This document shows, piece after piece, positions 9,831 to 19,765 of a stretch of DNA of 60,041 nucleotides. The notes beneath the pieces are model-generated. The model was not told the DNA's origin, did no database searches, and saw only the letters and a program-made list of their open reading frames with translations. The DNA lies in NCBI GenBank assembly GCA_945903605.1, contig CAMDOH010000006.1:1-60041 (forward strand). The letters run 5' to 3'. The stretch is from Akkermansia muciniphila. Its GTDB lineage: Bacteria > Verrucomicrobiota > Verrucomicrobiia > Limisphaerales > UBA1100. Position 1 is the first letter of the stretch, and every line of letters begins with the position of its first letter. The translations under genes were made by a program, and so were the position numbers.

Positions 9831-10760
9831 ATGGAAACCGTCACTGTCGCACGCCACGCGATGGCCACCCGATTTGAGATCGTCCTGCACGGCGCAAATC
9901 CCGTGGCGCTTCGCTCCGTTGCAGAAGGGGTGCTGGATGAAATTGAGCGGATAGAAAATGTGTTGAGCCTGTTCAAACCCAGTAGTGAAGTCGCCCACCT
10001 CAACGCATCAGCTGCTCGTGAACCCGTGCGCGTGACTCCCGAATTGTTCCGGTTGATCGAGCAATCACAGCGCCTGAACATTGAAACTGACGGCGCGTTT
10101 GACCTCACTGTCGGGCCACTGACGCGCACATGGAAACTGGCTGGCGAACGTCGAGTTGTTCCAGATGAAGCAACCCTTCACGAGGCGCGCGCACAAACTG
10201 GAATGCAATTGTTGGAATTGGACGCCGCCAGTTCCACCGTCCGTTTTTTGCGAGAAGGCGTTTCACTCGACTTCGGCGCCATCGGCAAAGGCTACGCCAT
10301 CGAATGCGTCATCGCTCTGCTACGCGAAGCGGAAATCGAAAGCGCACTCGTTCATGGCGGCACAAGCACCGTCGGCACCATTGGCGTCCAGCCCGACGGA
10401 CAACCTTGGCGCATTGCCATCGAATATCCGGACAGTCCCACCGCGAATCTCACCGACCCCAGCGACACGTTGATTGCAACGACTGCCCTCCATGATGAAT
10501 CACTCTCCGTCTCCGCAGTGTGGGGAAAATCATTTGTTGCCGATGGAAAAGAGTATGGCCACGTCGTCGATCCACGCACTGGCTTGCCGACAAACACCGC
10601 TCAACTGGCGGCCGTCATACTTCCTTCCGCAACTGAAACTGACGCGCTCTCCACCGCATTACTCGTCTCCGGCGTGCAGGGCATCGAGGTTCTCCGTCGC
10701 CTTCGTCGTGGAATCCGAACGCTGATTTGGGCTGACGGTCAGACTTTCTCTAACTTGTGA
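9831..10760 (+). CDS. apbE: FAD:protein FMN transferase (ApbE family), no obvious lipoprotein signal
   Basis: AMAT, GAFDLTVGPL, LDFGAIGKGYA, YGHVVDPRTG, TDALSTA. Confidence 0.9.
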   Translation: METVTVARHAMATRFEIVLHGANPVALRSVAEGVLDEIERIENVLSLFKPSSEVAHLNASAAREPVRVTPELFRLIEQSQRLNIETDGAFDLTVGPLTRTWKLAGERRVVPDEATLHEARAQTGMQLLELDAASSTVRFLREGVSLDFGAIGKGYAIECVIALLREAEIESALVHGGTSTVGTIGVQPDGQPWRIAIEYPDSPTANLTDPSDTLIATTALHDESLSVSAVWGKSFVADGKEYGHVVDPRTGLPTNTAQLAAVILPSATETDALSTALLVSGVQGIEVLRRLRRGIRTLIWADGQTFSNL

Positions 10761-12759
10761 ACGGCGTCAAACGCCACTCCTCGACCAGCTCCTTTGGAAT
10801 CTCATTCAAGAATCGCGATGGTGACTGCATCGCATCACCGCCGCCGTATCCACCGATGGCTCGCAAAATCGGATGGCAGAAATAAAGCTGATCCTTCGCG
10901 CGGGTGATGGCCACGTAAAAAAGGCGCCGCTCCTCTTCCTCCCCTTCTTCCTCGTCAAGCGAGCGTGCGCTCGGAAACAACCCGTCGCAAAGCATGATGA
11001 CAAACACCACTTTGAATTCCAACCCCTTGGCTTGATGTATGGTCGAAAGTTTGAGTTGCTCGTCATCGCCGCTACGTCCAGCAGCCGACTTCCCCTCATC
11101 AGCCTCAATATTGGTGAGCAGCGCAAGTTGAGCGAGAAAGTCCTCCACCGAATTGAATTGCCGCGCAAAGATGGCCAGCTGCTCGATGTCTTCCTTTCGC
11201 GTTGACCAGTTGGTGTAGTTTTCCTTCAAGTGATCCTCGTATCCAGCATCCACCACCATCTGAATCATTCGCGCCGCATCTGCACGCACCTCGGAGATCT
11301 GCAAAAAAGTCTCCGCGAATTGTGTCCATGCCGGGACGACTTTTTTGGGCACCTTTGGCAAGCATGCCTTGAGAGCGGCGCCCTGTTGGGTTGACTCCGT
11401 GTGTTGGGCTGAAAACAAACTCCACAATTTGTCGGCGCCCTTATTGCCGATGCCCGGCAATAACTTTGCCAGTCGCTTGAAAGCCACTTCGTCGCGTGGA
11501 TTGACAACCAGCTTGAGATGCGCCGCCACATCCTTGATGTGAGCCTGTTCAAAAAAACGGATGCCGCTGGTGATGCTGAACGGAATGTTGCGGCGCGTCA
11601 GCTCAAGCTGCATCTCCAGCGCGTGGAAGTGCGACCGATAAAGCACAGCCATATCGGACATTGGCATTCCCTCGTCGCGAAGCTCAAGCACGCGCTGGGC
11701 GACAAATGCAGCCTGCTCCGCCGAGTCATTGCAGGTGACCAAAACAGGCTTGGCGCCCGGCGACCGCGACGGCTGCAGCTCCTTGTGAAATTGCCGTTCA
11801 TTGGCGATGATGGCGGCGTTTGCCACGGCGAGAATTTGCGGCGTGCTGCGATAGTTGGTCTCAATCTTGTGAACGGTGGCACCGTGATAGCGGTCGGGGA
11901 ATTTGAGGATGTTTTCAAAACTCGCACCGCGCCACGCATAGATGCTCTGCGCGTCGTCGCCTACCACCATGATGTTTCTATTCCGCTCGGCGAGCAGGTC
12001 GATCAACTCACCCTGCAAACGATTCGTGTCCTGATATTCGTCGACCAAAATGAATTGAAAACGTCGTTGATACAGTTCGAGGATGTCCGGCTCCTGACGC
12101 AAAATGCGGAGCCACAGCGAAAGTAGATCGTCGAAATCCACTGCGTTGCTCGTGCTTTTGCGCTCGGTGTATCGCCGCTGCAGATCTTTGATCTGCGGCG
12201 CAAGGTGACTGAAGTGTCCGTATTTCTTGGCGACAGTTTCCTCAATTGAATCTCCCGTGTTCATCACGGAGGAAAAGATGTCGCCGATCAAATCCGGCTT
12301 CGGAAATCGCGTCGCCTTCGTGTCGATGCCAGCATCAGCCACGCAGGCTTGGATCAGTTCCTTCGCGTCGTCACGATCCAGAATACTGAAGTCACGCCCG
12401 AGCTGGATCCGGTCGGCGTGTAATCGCAGCACGCGATTGCCAATGGAATGAAATGTCCCGCCCCATAATTCAGGCAACTCGCGCCCAAGCAACTCGGCCA
12501 CACGCCGCATCATCTCGCGTGCTGCCTTATTTGTAAAAGTAAGCAGGAGGATCCGATCGGCGGGGATTCCTTGTTCCAGCAGCCAGGCGACCCGGAATGT
12601 GAGCGTGCGCGTTTTGCCCGAGCCTGCCCCGGCGATGACCAATGCTGGACCGGGTGGCGCCGTGACAGCGGCGTGCTGCTGCGCGTTCAATTCTTTGGCG
12701 TAATCAATCTGCAGATCGACTGGCGGCCGATACGCCTGCATCACATACTCACGCGTCAT
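10750..12759 (-). CDS. uvrD: ATP-dependent DNA helicase, UvrD/PcrA/Rep family
   Basis: AGAGSGKT, TFTNKAA, VDEYQD, GDDAQSIY, NYRS, TIHQAKGLEF, EERRLFYVAITRA. Start at MTREY chosen because a TATCGT box lies 7 nt upstream. Confidence 0.95.
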   Translation of the reverse strand: MTREYVMQAYRPPVDLQIDYAKELNAQQHAAVTAPPGPALVIAGAGSGKTRTLTFRVAWLLEQGIPADRILLLTFTNKAAREMMRRVAELLGRELPELWGGTFHSIGNRVLRLHADRIQLGRDFSILDRDDAKELIQACVADAGIDTKATRFPKPDLIGDIFSSVMNTGDSIEETVAKKYGHFSHLAPQIKDLQRRYTERKSTSNAVDFDDLLSLWLRILRQEPDILELYQRRFQFILVDEYQDTNRLQGELIDLLAERNRNIMVVGDDAQSIYAWRGASFENILKFPDRYHGATVHKIETNYRSTPQILAVANAAIIANERQFHKELQPSRSPGAKPVLVTCNDSAEQAAFVAQRVLELRDEGMPMSDMAVLYRSHFHALEMQLELTRRNIPFSITSGIRFFEQAHIKDVAAHLKLVVNPRDEVAFKRLAKLLPGIGNKGADKLWSLFSAQHTESTQQGAALKACLPKVPKKVVPAWTQFAETFLQISEVRADAARMIQMVVDAGYEDHLKENYTNWSTRKEDIEQLAIFARQFNSVEDFLAQLALLTNIEADEGKSAAGRSGDDEQLKLSTIHQAKGLEFKVVFVIMLCDGLFPSARSLDEEEGEEEERRLFYVAITRAKDQLYFCHPILRAIGGYGGGDAMQSPSRFLNEIPKELVEEWRLTPFTS

Positions 12760-12849
12760 TCGGCGAACGATAGCCACGCTGAGCCGGAAGCAAAAGATTT
12801 TACAAGCTGCGGGCAGCCGCTACGTTGTCGGTTCCGAATTGAGCAAGCC

Positions 12850-14676
12850 ATGTCACGCCATCCACAGTTGACCGCCAATATCGATCCGACCTTTGGTGCA
12901 AAATCGCGAACCACTTGGGAAATTGTGGCTCGCGTGGCCATCTACCTCCGCCCTTATCCGTGGATGGCGCTGGGGACGGTCAGTTGTGCGTTGTTTTCAT
13001 TGGCCTTCGCCTTCTCGTATCCAAAACTGACGCAACACGTCATCGACGAAGTGATCGGCAATAAACGCACCGACCTACTTGCGCCCGTCATGCTTGTATT
13101 GTTGGGAGCGTTTGCGATGAGGGAGCTATTCAACAGCCTGCGTATTCGCATCAACAACGAACTTGAGCAGCACGTGATTCTCGACATGCGACGCGATGTC
13201 TATTCGCGGCTACAACGATTGCCCGTGGGCTACTTCGACCAGCGCGCCACAGGCGATTTGATGACTCGCGTGATCGAAGACGTGAACAGTGTCGAGCGAC
13301 TGCTAATCGATGGCACCGAGCAGGGAAGCGTCGCCATCTTGAGCATCATCGGCGTACTTGTGATCCTATTTTTGACCAGCGCAAAGTTAGCGCTCGTGGC
13401 GCTCTCACCCGTTCCGTTCCTGATAATCGGCGCGCTTTGGTACACGCTCACGGCTCATCACCGCTATCGCAAACAACGCGTCGCCTCCAGCGCGATGAAC
13501 GCGCTTCTGATGGACAACCTGCAAGGTGTGCGCCAAATCAAGGCATTCGGTCGCGAGCCGCACGAGGACGCGCGATTTCTTGACCGCGCCGAATCGCTTC
13601 GCGAGGGAACGCTCTCCGTGATGCGCGCGTGGGCGCTGTATTCACCGGCGATGACTCTGATCGCCTCTCTGGGAACGGGCCTTGTCCTTTGGGTCGGCGG
13701 CGGCATGGTGATCGCTGGCGAAATGACCGTCGGGACATTGATCGGGTTCATTTTTTATCTCGCGCTATTTTATGAGCCAGTCCGACAGTTGCACGGACTG
13801 AATCAGTTGCTGCAAGCCGCTCGCGCCGCCGGCGAACGTGTGTTCGACATTCTCGACACAACGGCGGAGGAAAGGCCACCGACCATCGCCACTTCAAAAC
13901 TTGATCATGCGCGCGGCGAGGTTGTGTATGAAAAAGTCTGTTTCAGCTACGGCTCAGAGCGGACGACTTTGAAAGACATTTCACTTCATGCCAAACCGGA
14001 TGAGATGATTGCGCTGGTTGGGCCGACTGGCGCGGGGAAAAGCACACTCGTGAATCTGCTCCCGGCATTTTACGAACACACCGCTGGCATAATCCGAATT
14101 GACGGTGTCGATATCCGATCGATGCGGCTCGAGTCGCTCCGTTCTCAAATCAGTGTGGTGAGTCAGGAACCGTTTCTTTTCAATGGATCGGTCCGTGAGA
14201 ATATTTTGTACGGAAAACTCGATGCCTCGGAAACTGAGTTGGCTACGGCCGCGAGTGCGGCCAACTGTCATGAATTCATCACTCAACTTTCTGAAGGCTA
14301 CGATACGCATGTGGGCGAGCGCGGAGTGAAGCTGAGCGTGGGAGAAAAGCAGCGTGTCTCCATTGCTCGCGCGCTGCTTGCCGACCGCCCCATCCTGATT
14401 CTTGATGAAGCCACGGCCAGCGTGGACACCGCAACCGAACGACTGATTCAAGAAGCGCTGGAGCGGCTGATGAAAGGTCGCACGAGTTTTGTCATCGCAC
14501 ACCGGCTCTCAACTATTCGTCATGCAAGCCAGATTCTCGTGATGCGACACGGTGAGATTGCTGAGCGCGGCACGCATGAAGAATTGATGGCGGTGAACGG
14601 CCTGTACGCCCAGCTTGCTCGAGTGCAGAACGTCACTTTCATCGAGGAGCAATTCGAGAAGCTGTCTCTTGTTTGA
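12850..14676 (+). CDS. ABC exporter, fused permease + ATPase (MsbA-like)
   Basis: TM domain followed by GPTGAGKST, LSVGEKQR, ILDEATASVD, IAHRLST. Confidence 0.93.
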   Translation: MSRHPQLTANIDPTFGAKSRTTWEIVARVAIYLRPYPWMALGTVSCALFSLAFAFSYPKLTQHVIDEVIGNKRTDLLAPVMLVLLGAFAMRELFNSLRIRINNELEQHVILDMRRDVYSRLQRLPVGYFDQRATGDLMTRVIEDVNSVERLLIDGTEQGSVAILSIIGVLVILFLTSAKLALVALSPVPFLIIGALWYTLTAHHRYRKQRVASSAMNALLMDNLQGVRQIKAFGREPHEDARFLDRAESLREGTLSVMRAWALYSPAMTLIASLGTGLVLWVGGGMVIAGEMTVGTLIGFIFYLALFYEPVRQLHGLNQLLQAARAAGERVFDILDTTAEERPPTIATSKLDHARGEVVYEKVCFSYGSERTTLKDISLHAKPDEMIALVGPTGAGKSTLVNLLPAFYEHTAGIIRIDGVDIRSMRLESLRSQISVVSQEPFLFNGSVRENILYGKLDASETELATAASAANCHEFITQLSEGYDTHVGERGVKLSVGEKQRVSIARALLADRPILILDEATASVDTATERLIQEALERLMKGRTSFVIAHRLSTIRHASQILVMRHGEIAERGTHEELMAVNGLYAQLARVQNVTFIEEQFEKLSLV

Positions 14677-14694
14677 GAGAATCGCAGCAGTCGA

Positions 14695-16839
14695 TCAGAT
14701 CAGATTTTTCAGTTCGCGATGGTTGACTTTGCCTGTCCCCAATTTCGGAATATCCCGCACATATTTCAACTCGCGCGGCAGGCAAAGATTGCTCAAGCCT
14801 TTGGCGCGGATGGCGGCTCGGATTTCCTCCAATGTGACCAATGAGTTGTTGGTGACGGCGATCATGACTTCGCCTTTGTCAATATCGGGGCGCGTGGCAA
14901 CGACCACTTCGGCATTCGCCGCCACATGCACAAAAACTCCGGCCAACGCTTCTTCTACAGCCGTGAGGCTCACCATCTCTCCACTGATTTTGGCGAATCG
15001 TTTGAGCCTGCCCAGCACGTGAATGCAGCCATCGGCATCTACTTTGACGATGTCGCCAGTGTCATACCAACCGCCGAGCGCCTGGAATTGCGCATTGGCA
15101 TCGGGGTTGAGATAGCCCTTCATGATGTTGGGTCCGCGGACAAAGAGGCGGCCGCCTTCGGCAACTCCTTCAACGCTTTCCAGTTTCCATTCGATGCGCG
15201 GCAAGATGCGCCCCGCTGTGCCGTGCATGATGTCACCAGGCGAATTGAAGGAGACAATCGGGCTGCATTCTGTGGCGCCGTAAGCTTCAAGAATTCGCAC
15301 GCCGAAACGCCGGCCCCAAATGGCGGCTGTGGATTCCTGAACTTTTTCCGCGCCTGCAAAGAGACAGCGGAGCGAGCGGAAATCATACGAGTGCGCCTTG
15401 CGCGCATAGCCATTGAGGAAGGTGTTCGTGCTGATCATGATTGTGCAATTGCGGTCGCTGAAGAGCATCGGAACGAGTCGGTAATGCAGTGGATTCGGGT
15501 AGAGAAAACAATAGATTCCGCGCACCAATGGAACCAACGTGCCGATGACGAACCCGGCACTGTGGAAAATGGGAAGGCAGTTGAAGAGGCGATCGCGGTC
15601 GCCAATGTCCGCCGCTGATAGAATTTGCCGAATGTTGGCGAGCAGATTTTGATGCGTCAATTCAACTGCCTTTGGCTGGCCTTCCGACCCGCTGGTGAAA
15701 AGAATGACGGCAGTGTCGGCAAAAGGAGTGTACCGCATCTGCGCCCAAGGCAGGAAACGATGGGCCAGCGCGGTCTTCAACTGGCTCATCTTGGGAATCT
15801 GTTTCGCGACATCTTCCAAATAAAGGAGCTGAATGCCGGCGGCTTGGAGCGGGCTGAGATCTAGTTTCTGTCGTTCGATAAACGCACGTGAGGTGACGAT
15901 CTGCCGTAGTCCAGCCAGATGAGCGCAGGCCAGCATCATGGGCGTGCCTGTGGTGAAATTAAGAATGGCCGGCACTCTTCCCGCAATCCACAGACTGAGA
16001 AAGACGATTGGCGCAGCGTTCACATTAGGGAGCAGCACTCCAATTCGGTTGTCCGTGCCGCAGAGTGCCGACCATCGTTCGGCAAGTAGATCTGCCCGGA
16101 CAAATACTTCGCGGAAGGTGAGTGATTTGTAGGTGTGATCTTCCAATGCATCAGCATGAGGTTGGGTACGTGCGGATTCAGCGGCGGCGAGCAATACTGT
16201 CGGCTGCCCCAATTTCATTTCCACATCGAACCGTTGGGTGATCATTTCTTGTCGGATCCAATTGGTAAGTCGGCGACGGGTTTCCAACCCTGAAAGACCC
16301 ACAAATGTCGGCGGCTGTTTCACCTCGCTGTAGTGGGCGGATATTTTGGTGAACGTTTTCTTCCAACCGCTGTGCGGAGAAAGCAGCACGCGCTCCGTAC
16401 CGCGCAAATAACAGAAAATGACTCTGGCGCGACTCTTCTGAAGCAGAAAGCCGGCACCTTCAAAGATCCTCATCAACGAACCCGTTTGCGAAAGTCGACC
16501 TTCTGGAAATAAAAGTAGCCGGCCTCCAGAGGACAGATGTTCGGAAACGCGCTTGAGCGAATAGGGCGACGCGGTGTCGATGGGATAGGTGCGCCCGTTC
16601 ACCATCAGATAACGGTGCAGCCACGAAGCCTGGGCAGTGGTGCTGGAGGAGATAAAGCGCCAGTCGCCGTCCAAGTCGGCAAGAATGAATAGCCAGTCAA
16701 TCCAGGAAACGTGATTGGCCAAGAGTAGAATTGGCCCGGGCGTTTTCAGAACCTCAATATTGGTGGAGTGGAATCGGAACAACACGCGCAATAAAAACCG
16801 CGCGAACGGGCCAAATAGAAATCTCTCGAACCAGTTCAT
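14695..16839 (-). CDS. aas: Bifunctional lysophospholipid acyltransferase / acyl-ACP synthetase (Aas-like)
   Basis: NHVSWID and FPEGR (PlsC motifs); FTSGSEGQPK, YGATE, YDTGD, RFAKISGE and PKLGTGK (AMP-binding motifs). Confidence 0.9.
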   Translation of the reverse strand: MNWFERFLFGPFARFLLRVLFRFHSTNIEVLKTPGPILLLANHVSWIDWLFILADLDGDWRFISSSTTAQASWLHRYLMVNGRTYPIDTASPYSLKRVSEHLSSGGRLLLFPEGRLSQTGSLMRIFEGAGFLLQKSRARVIFCYLRGTERVLLSPHSGWKKTFTKISAHYSEVKQPPTFVGLSGLETRRRLTNWIRQEMITQRFDVEMKLGQPTVLLAAAESARTQPHADALEDHTYKSLTFREVFVRADLLAERWSALCGTDNRIGVLLPNVNAAPIVFLSLWIAGRVPAILNFTTGTPMMLACAHLAGLRQIVTSRAFIERQKLDLSPLQAAGIQLLYLEDVAKQIPKMSQLKTALAHRFLPWAQMRYTPFADTAVILFTSGSEGQPKAVELTHQNLLANIRQILSAADIGDRDRLFNCLPIFHSAGFVIGTLVPLVRGIYCFLYPNPLHYRLVPMLFSDRNCTIMISTNTFLNGYARKAHSYDFRSLRCLFAGAEKVQESTAAIWGRRFGVRILEAYGATECSPIVSFNSPGDIMHGTAGRILPRIEWKLESVEGVAEGGRLFVRGPNIMKGYLNPDANAQFQALGGWYDTGDIVKVDADGCIHVLGRLKRFAKISGEMVSLTAVEEALAGVFVHVAANAEVVVATRPDIDKGEVMIAVTNNSLVTLEEIRAAIRAKGLSNLCLPRELKYVRDIPKLGTGKVNHRELKNLI

Positions 16840-17333
16840 CGGCGGCGCCTCTTCGTTGGGGTTGAGCGCTCTGAATACGACTGCCGCGCGATATTGGCGG
16901 CGGCAATCAACTTTTCCATTTGAGCATTGAGCTGTTTGGCTTCAGTCGCACTCAAGTGATCCAGCAGATGCTCGCCGGCAAGATAATGTTCAGGTCGGAT
17001 TTCATCAACCAAACGGCGCCCGCGCGCGGTGAGCTTGACGGCGTATGCGCGAGTGTCCTGCGAGTGATCCGTCCGCTGCAACAATCCTCTCGATTCCAAG
17101 CGCGGCAACTGACCCGTCACATTGGATCGATGCGTCAATAACTGGCGGCTGACTTCGATTTGCGTGCAACCTTGCGGGTATTCGTACAGTAGATTGAGGA
17201 CGTTGAATTGGCTTGAGGTCAAATGCCAGCGGCCAAAGAAGACTCTGCTGGCATCCCAGACCCCTTCCGAAGCGCGCAATAATTGGAGCAATGCGAGATA
17301 ACGCCAGCGGGTTGTCGAAGGGGCCTTGCTCAT
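16836..17333 (-). CDS. MarR family transcriptional regulator, translationally coupled to aas
   Basis: LTSSQFNVL..RSNVT..LESRGLL..DTR..LTARG winged HTH; ATGA overlap with aas. Confidence 0.9.
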   Translation of the reverse strand: MSKAPSTTRWRYLALLQLLRASEGVWDASRVFFGRWHLTSSQFNVLNLLYEYPQGCTQIEVSRQLLTHRSNVTGQLPRLESRGLLQRTDHSQDTRAYAVKLTARGRRLVDEIRPEHYLAGEHLLDHLSATEAKQLNAQMEKLIAAANIARQSYSERSTPTKRRRR

Positions 17334-17340
17334 GCTTCAA

Positions 17341-17371
17341 ATTATGTTTTCACATTGTTGAGACGTCAACA
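17341..17371 (-). promoter_or_regulatory. marR promoter overlapped by a palindromic operator
   Basis: Minus strand TTGACG (17369-17364)-N17-CATAAT (17346-17341), 7 nt before the ATG. Inverted repeat TGTTGA-N4-TCAACA (17356-17371) overlaps the -35 box. Confidence 0.75.
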
Positions 17372-17464
17372 TGTTTTCAGCTTCTTAGCTCCATTCTGGA
17401 CATTTCCACATTGCCCGAATGGCACCAAAAAGAGTCTGCTCAACATTGTTGCGGAGAATAGCTC

Positions 17465-19729
17465 GTGTCAAAAAACTCTAATAATGGCTCTCATTCGCCA
17501 AGCCGCGCCACCTCATCGGACTTCTCCTGGCTGCCCCAAGACCAATGGCCATGGTCCACAGCTATTGTGCTGATGTCCGTAGTCTGGTTTTTCAGCGTGT
17601 TGGTTCGCCTAAATTGGATCGGCGACGCAACCCAGATTGACTCATTCATGTGGAATGGCGTTCCTCTCGTGACCACGAATGATAGCTACCTGTTCGGATC
17701 CATTGCGCAGAAGGCGATTGGTGGGACGGCATCAAACGTAGCCGACTGCCCGGGAATCTTGGATCATGGAATGATCACAGTGCTGCTGTTCGTGTCCGCC
17801 AAATGGACGGGCTTGAGCGTGGATACTCTGATGATCTGGCTGCCCGTATTCATCGGCGGAATAGTAGCGATCCCTGTTTTTCTGATTGGCCGACTCTTCG
17901 GTTCCACGCTGTGGGGATTTTGTGCCGCCGTGTTGGCGAGCGTGGCGCAGAGCTACTACAACCGTACGATGGCTGGATACTTCGACACGGATATGTTCTC
18001 CATCACTGTGCCCGCATTTGCCTTGTACTGTTTGCTTGCCGCGCACCGTAAGGAAAGTTTTGCATGGCTCACCGCTGGATCCGCCACTTTGTTCATCTAT
18101 CCTTTTTTTTATTTCCCCGGAGTGCCGATTGCTTATGCCTTGGCGCTCACCTTCGTAGGATTCCGGCTTCTGACTCGATTCCGACATCCGATGACATGGC
18201 AGTCCTTCTTACTCCTTGGACTGGCCGTGATGATTCTTGATGGATCAACGGGCAGAGCTATTGCGCGCGCCCCCTTGTTGTGGTTCGTGCGTGCAGCCAT
18301 CCTGTATGCAGCGTCAGTGATTCTTCAAAAGACTGCTGGCTCAATGCAAGTGCCATGGAGAAGTCGATCCGTGATGGCGGCCTGTGCGCTGACATGTCTG
18401 GGTGTGATTGTGTTCTCTGAACCGATCAAACACATTGGCCGTAGAACTTCTGAATACATTGGCGCGCGCTCCGAGCTATTGCCCCAATCTCCAGCGGATG
18501 GGCTGAATTTTTTCAAAGCTGGATCTTTGGTAGTCGAGGCGCAAACCGCCAACTCACTCCGCGAGAATATTGTCATCACGGCAAGGCGTGTGTCCGGTTC
18601 CCTCATTGGCGGAATTCTCGCAATTGCAGGTTTTGTTCTGCTCGTTTTTCACGCGAGAGAGTTTGCCATCGCTTTACCCTTCGTCGGATTTGCGTATCTG
18701 GCCATGCAGGGTGGGGAGCGATTCACTATTCATGCGGTGCCAATCGGAGCGCTTTCGGCCACGGCTATTTGCTTTTGGCTTCCAAACTTGATGATGAAGA
18801 AAGCGCCCGGCGCAGGGAAGATGATTGGCTTGGCCGTCTGCAGCCTCCTCCTTTTTGCCAATCTTCAACACGTCGCCGCGTATAAAACTTCTCCAGTGCT
18901 AGACAGCAAGTCCGTCGCCACACTGGCGCAAACTGCACCTAAGTCAGATGCAGGTGATTACCTGATCACTTGGTGGGATTATGGAACGGCGGCTTGGTAT
19001 TACTCCGGATTGAATACCGTCTGTAATCCCGGAAATCAAAACTCCGACATTTATCTCGTTGCTAAGATTCTCAATTCGCCATCGCAGGCACTTGCCGCAA
19101 ATCTGACGAAGGTCGCAATCGAGACTCACGCGGAAGCGTCACCCAGCCGTCCTGTGATTCGGCGACTGCTCAAGCCGCACGTCAAATCAATCGCTGGACT
19201 CGATGGGTTTTTCTCCGAGGTCAGTTCAACGAATTATTTGGCTCCGGCCAAAACCCGGGAGACATACCTGTTCCTCAATCATCAGATGTTAAATTTCATT
19301 CCCGCCATGCGACTTTTTAGTGAGCGGGATTTGTTGACCGGCGAGCCTCACCCCGGTCGTACGTTCATCTCATTTAACGATTGGAAAAGTGATGGCCAGA
19401 TTCTGCAGGCAACAAGGGGGGCCATTCGGATGCAAGTGGACAGGAAAAATCTCCAAGCCACGCTTGATGATGGACGCCAATTCGCTCTCAACAACTTTGA
19501 CTACATTCCGGCTGCGCAAGCAGGCCGACTGTCCATCAAAAGGCAGTCAGGCCATCCGACATCTCCGTTCCGTTTGGTCATTCGCGAAGAACCGCCGCTC
19601 TGCATTCTCATGGAAGAAGACATCTTCCATTCCAATTTTGTGCAGATGTATTTGTACGAATCCTTCGATGCAGAACGGTTCGAGCGCGTAGCGGGAAACC
19701 CGTACGCCATCATGTACCGCGTGAAATAA
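17465..19729 (+). CDS. pglB: STT3/PglB-type oligosaccharyltransferase (N-glycosylation)
   Basis: TTNDSY, SYYNRTMAGYFDTDM, VVE (TIxE-equivalent), RFTIHAVP, WWDYG; multi-TM N-domain plus soluble C-domain. GTG start is uncertain. Confidence 0.9.
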   Translation: MSKNSNNGSHSPSRATSSDFSWLPQDQWPWSTAIVLMSVVWFFSVLVRLNWIGDATQIDSFMWNGVPLVTTNDSYLFGSIAQKAIGGTASNVADCPGILDHGMITVLLFVSAKWTGLSVDTLMIWLPVFIGGIVAIPVFLIGRLFGSTLWGFCAAVLASVAQSYYNRTMAGYFDTDMFSITVPAFALYCLLAAHRKESFAWLTAGSATLFIYPFFYFPGVPIAYALALTFVGFRLLTRFRHPMTWQSFLLLGLAVMILDGSTGRAIARAPLLWFVRAAILYAASVILQKTAGSMQVPWRSRSVMAACALTCLGVIVFSEPIKHIGRRTSEYIGARSELLPQSPADGLNFFKAGSLVVEAQTANSLRENIVITARRVSGSLIGGILAIAGFVLLVFHAREFAIALPFVGFAYLAMQGGERFTIHAVPIGALSATAICFWLPNLMMKKAPGAGKMIGLAVCSLLLFANLQHVAAYKTSPVLDSKSVATLAQTAPKSDAGDYLITWWDYGTAAWYYSGLNTVCNPGNQNSDIYLVAKILNSPSQALAANLTKVAIETHAEASPSRPVIRRLLKPHVKSIAGLDGFFSEVSSTNYLAPAKTRETYLFLNHQMLNFIPAMRLFSERDLLTGEPHPGRTFISFNDWKSDGQILQATRGAIRMQVDRKNLQATLDDGRQFALNNFDYIPAAQAGRLSIKRQSGHPTSPFRLVIREEPPLCILMEEDIFHSNFVQMYLYESFDAERFERVAGNPYAIMYRVK

Positions 19730-19765
19730 CGCACTCCACGACCCGTCGCTCCGCAAATTGGGGGG

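Noticed and set aside
10750-12759. UvrD as part of an anti-phage system
   Set aside because: Canonical housekeeping sequence with no nuclease or defence partner adjacent.
12571-12849. Extended N-termini in the ORF track (also 3273, 20842, 33218, 37177, 43372, 43449, 48336, 51601)
   Set aside because: They overlap neighbouring genes or promoters; downstream ATGs fit family N-termini and signal peptides better.
18103-18110. T8 tract in pglB as a phase-variation switch
   Set aside because: Short, in frame, and explained by Pro-Phe-Phe-Tyr codons in a TM helix.
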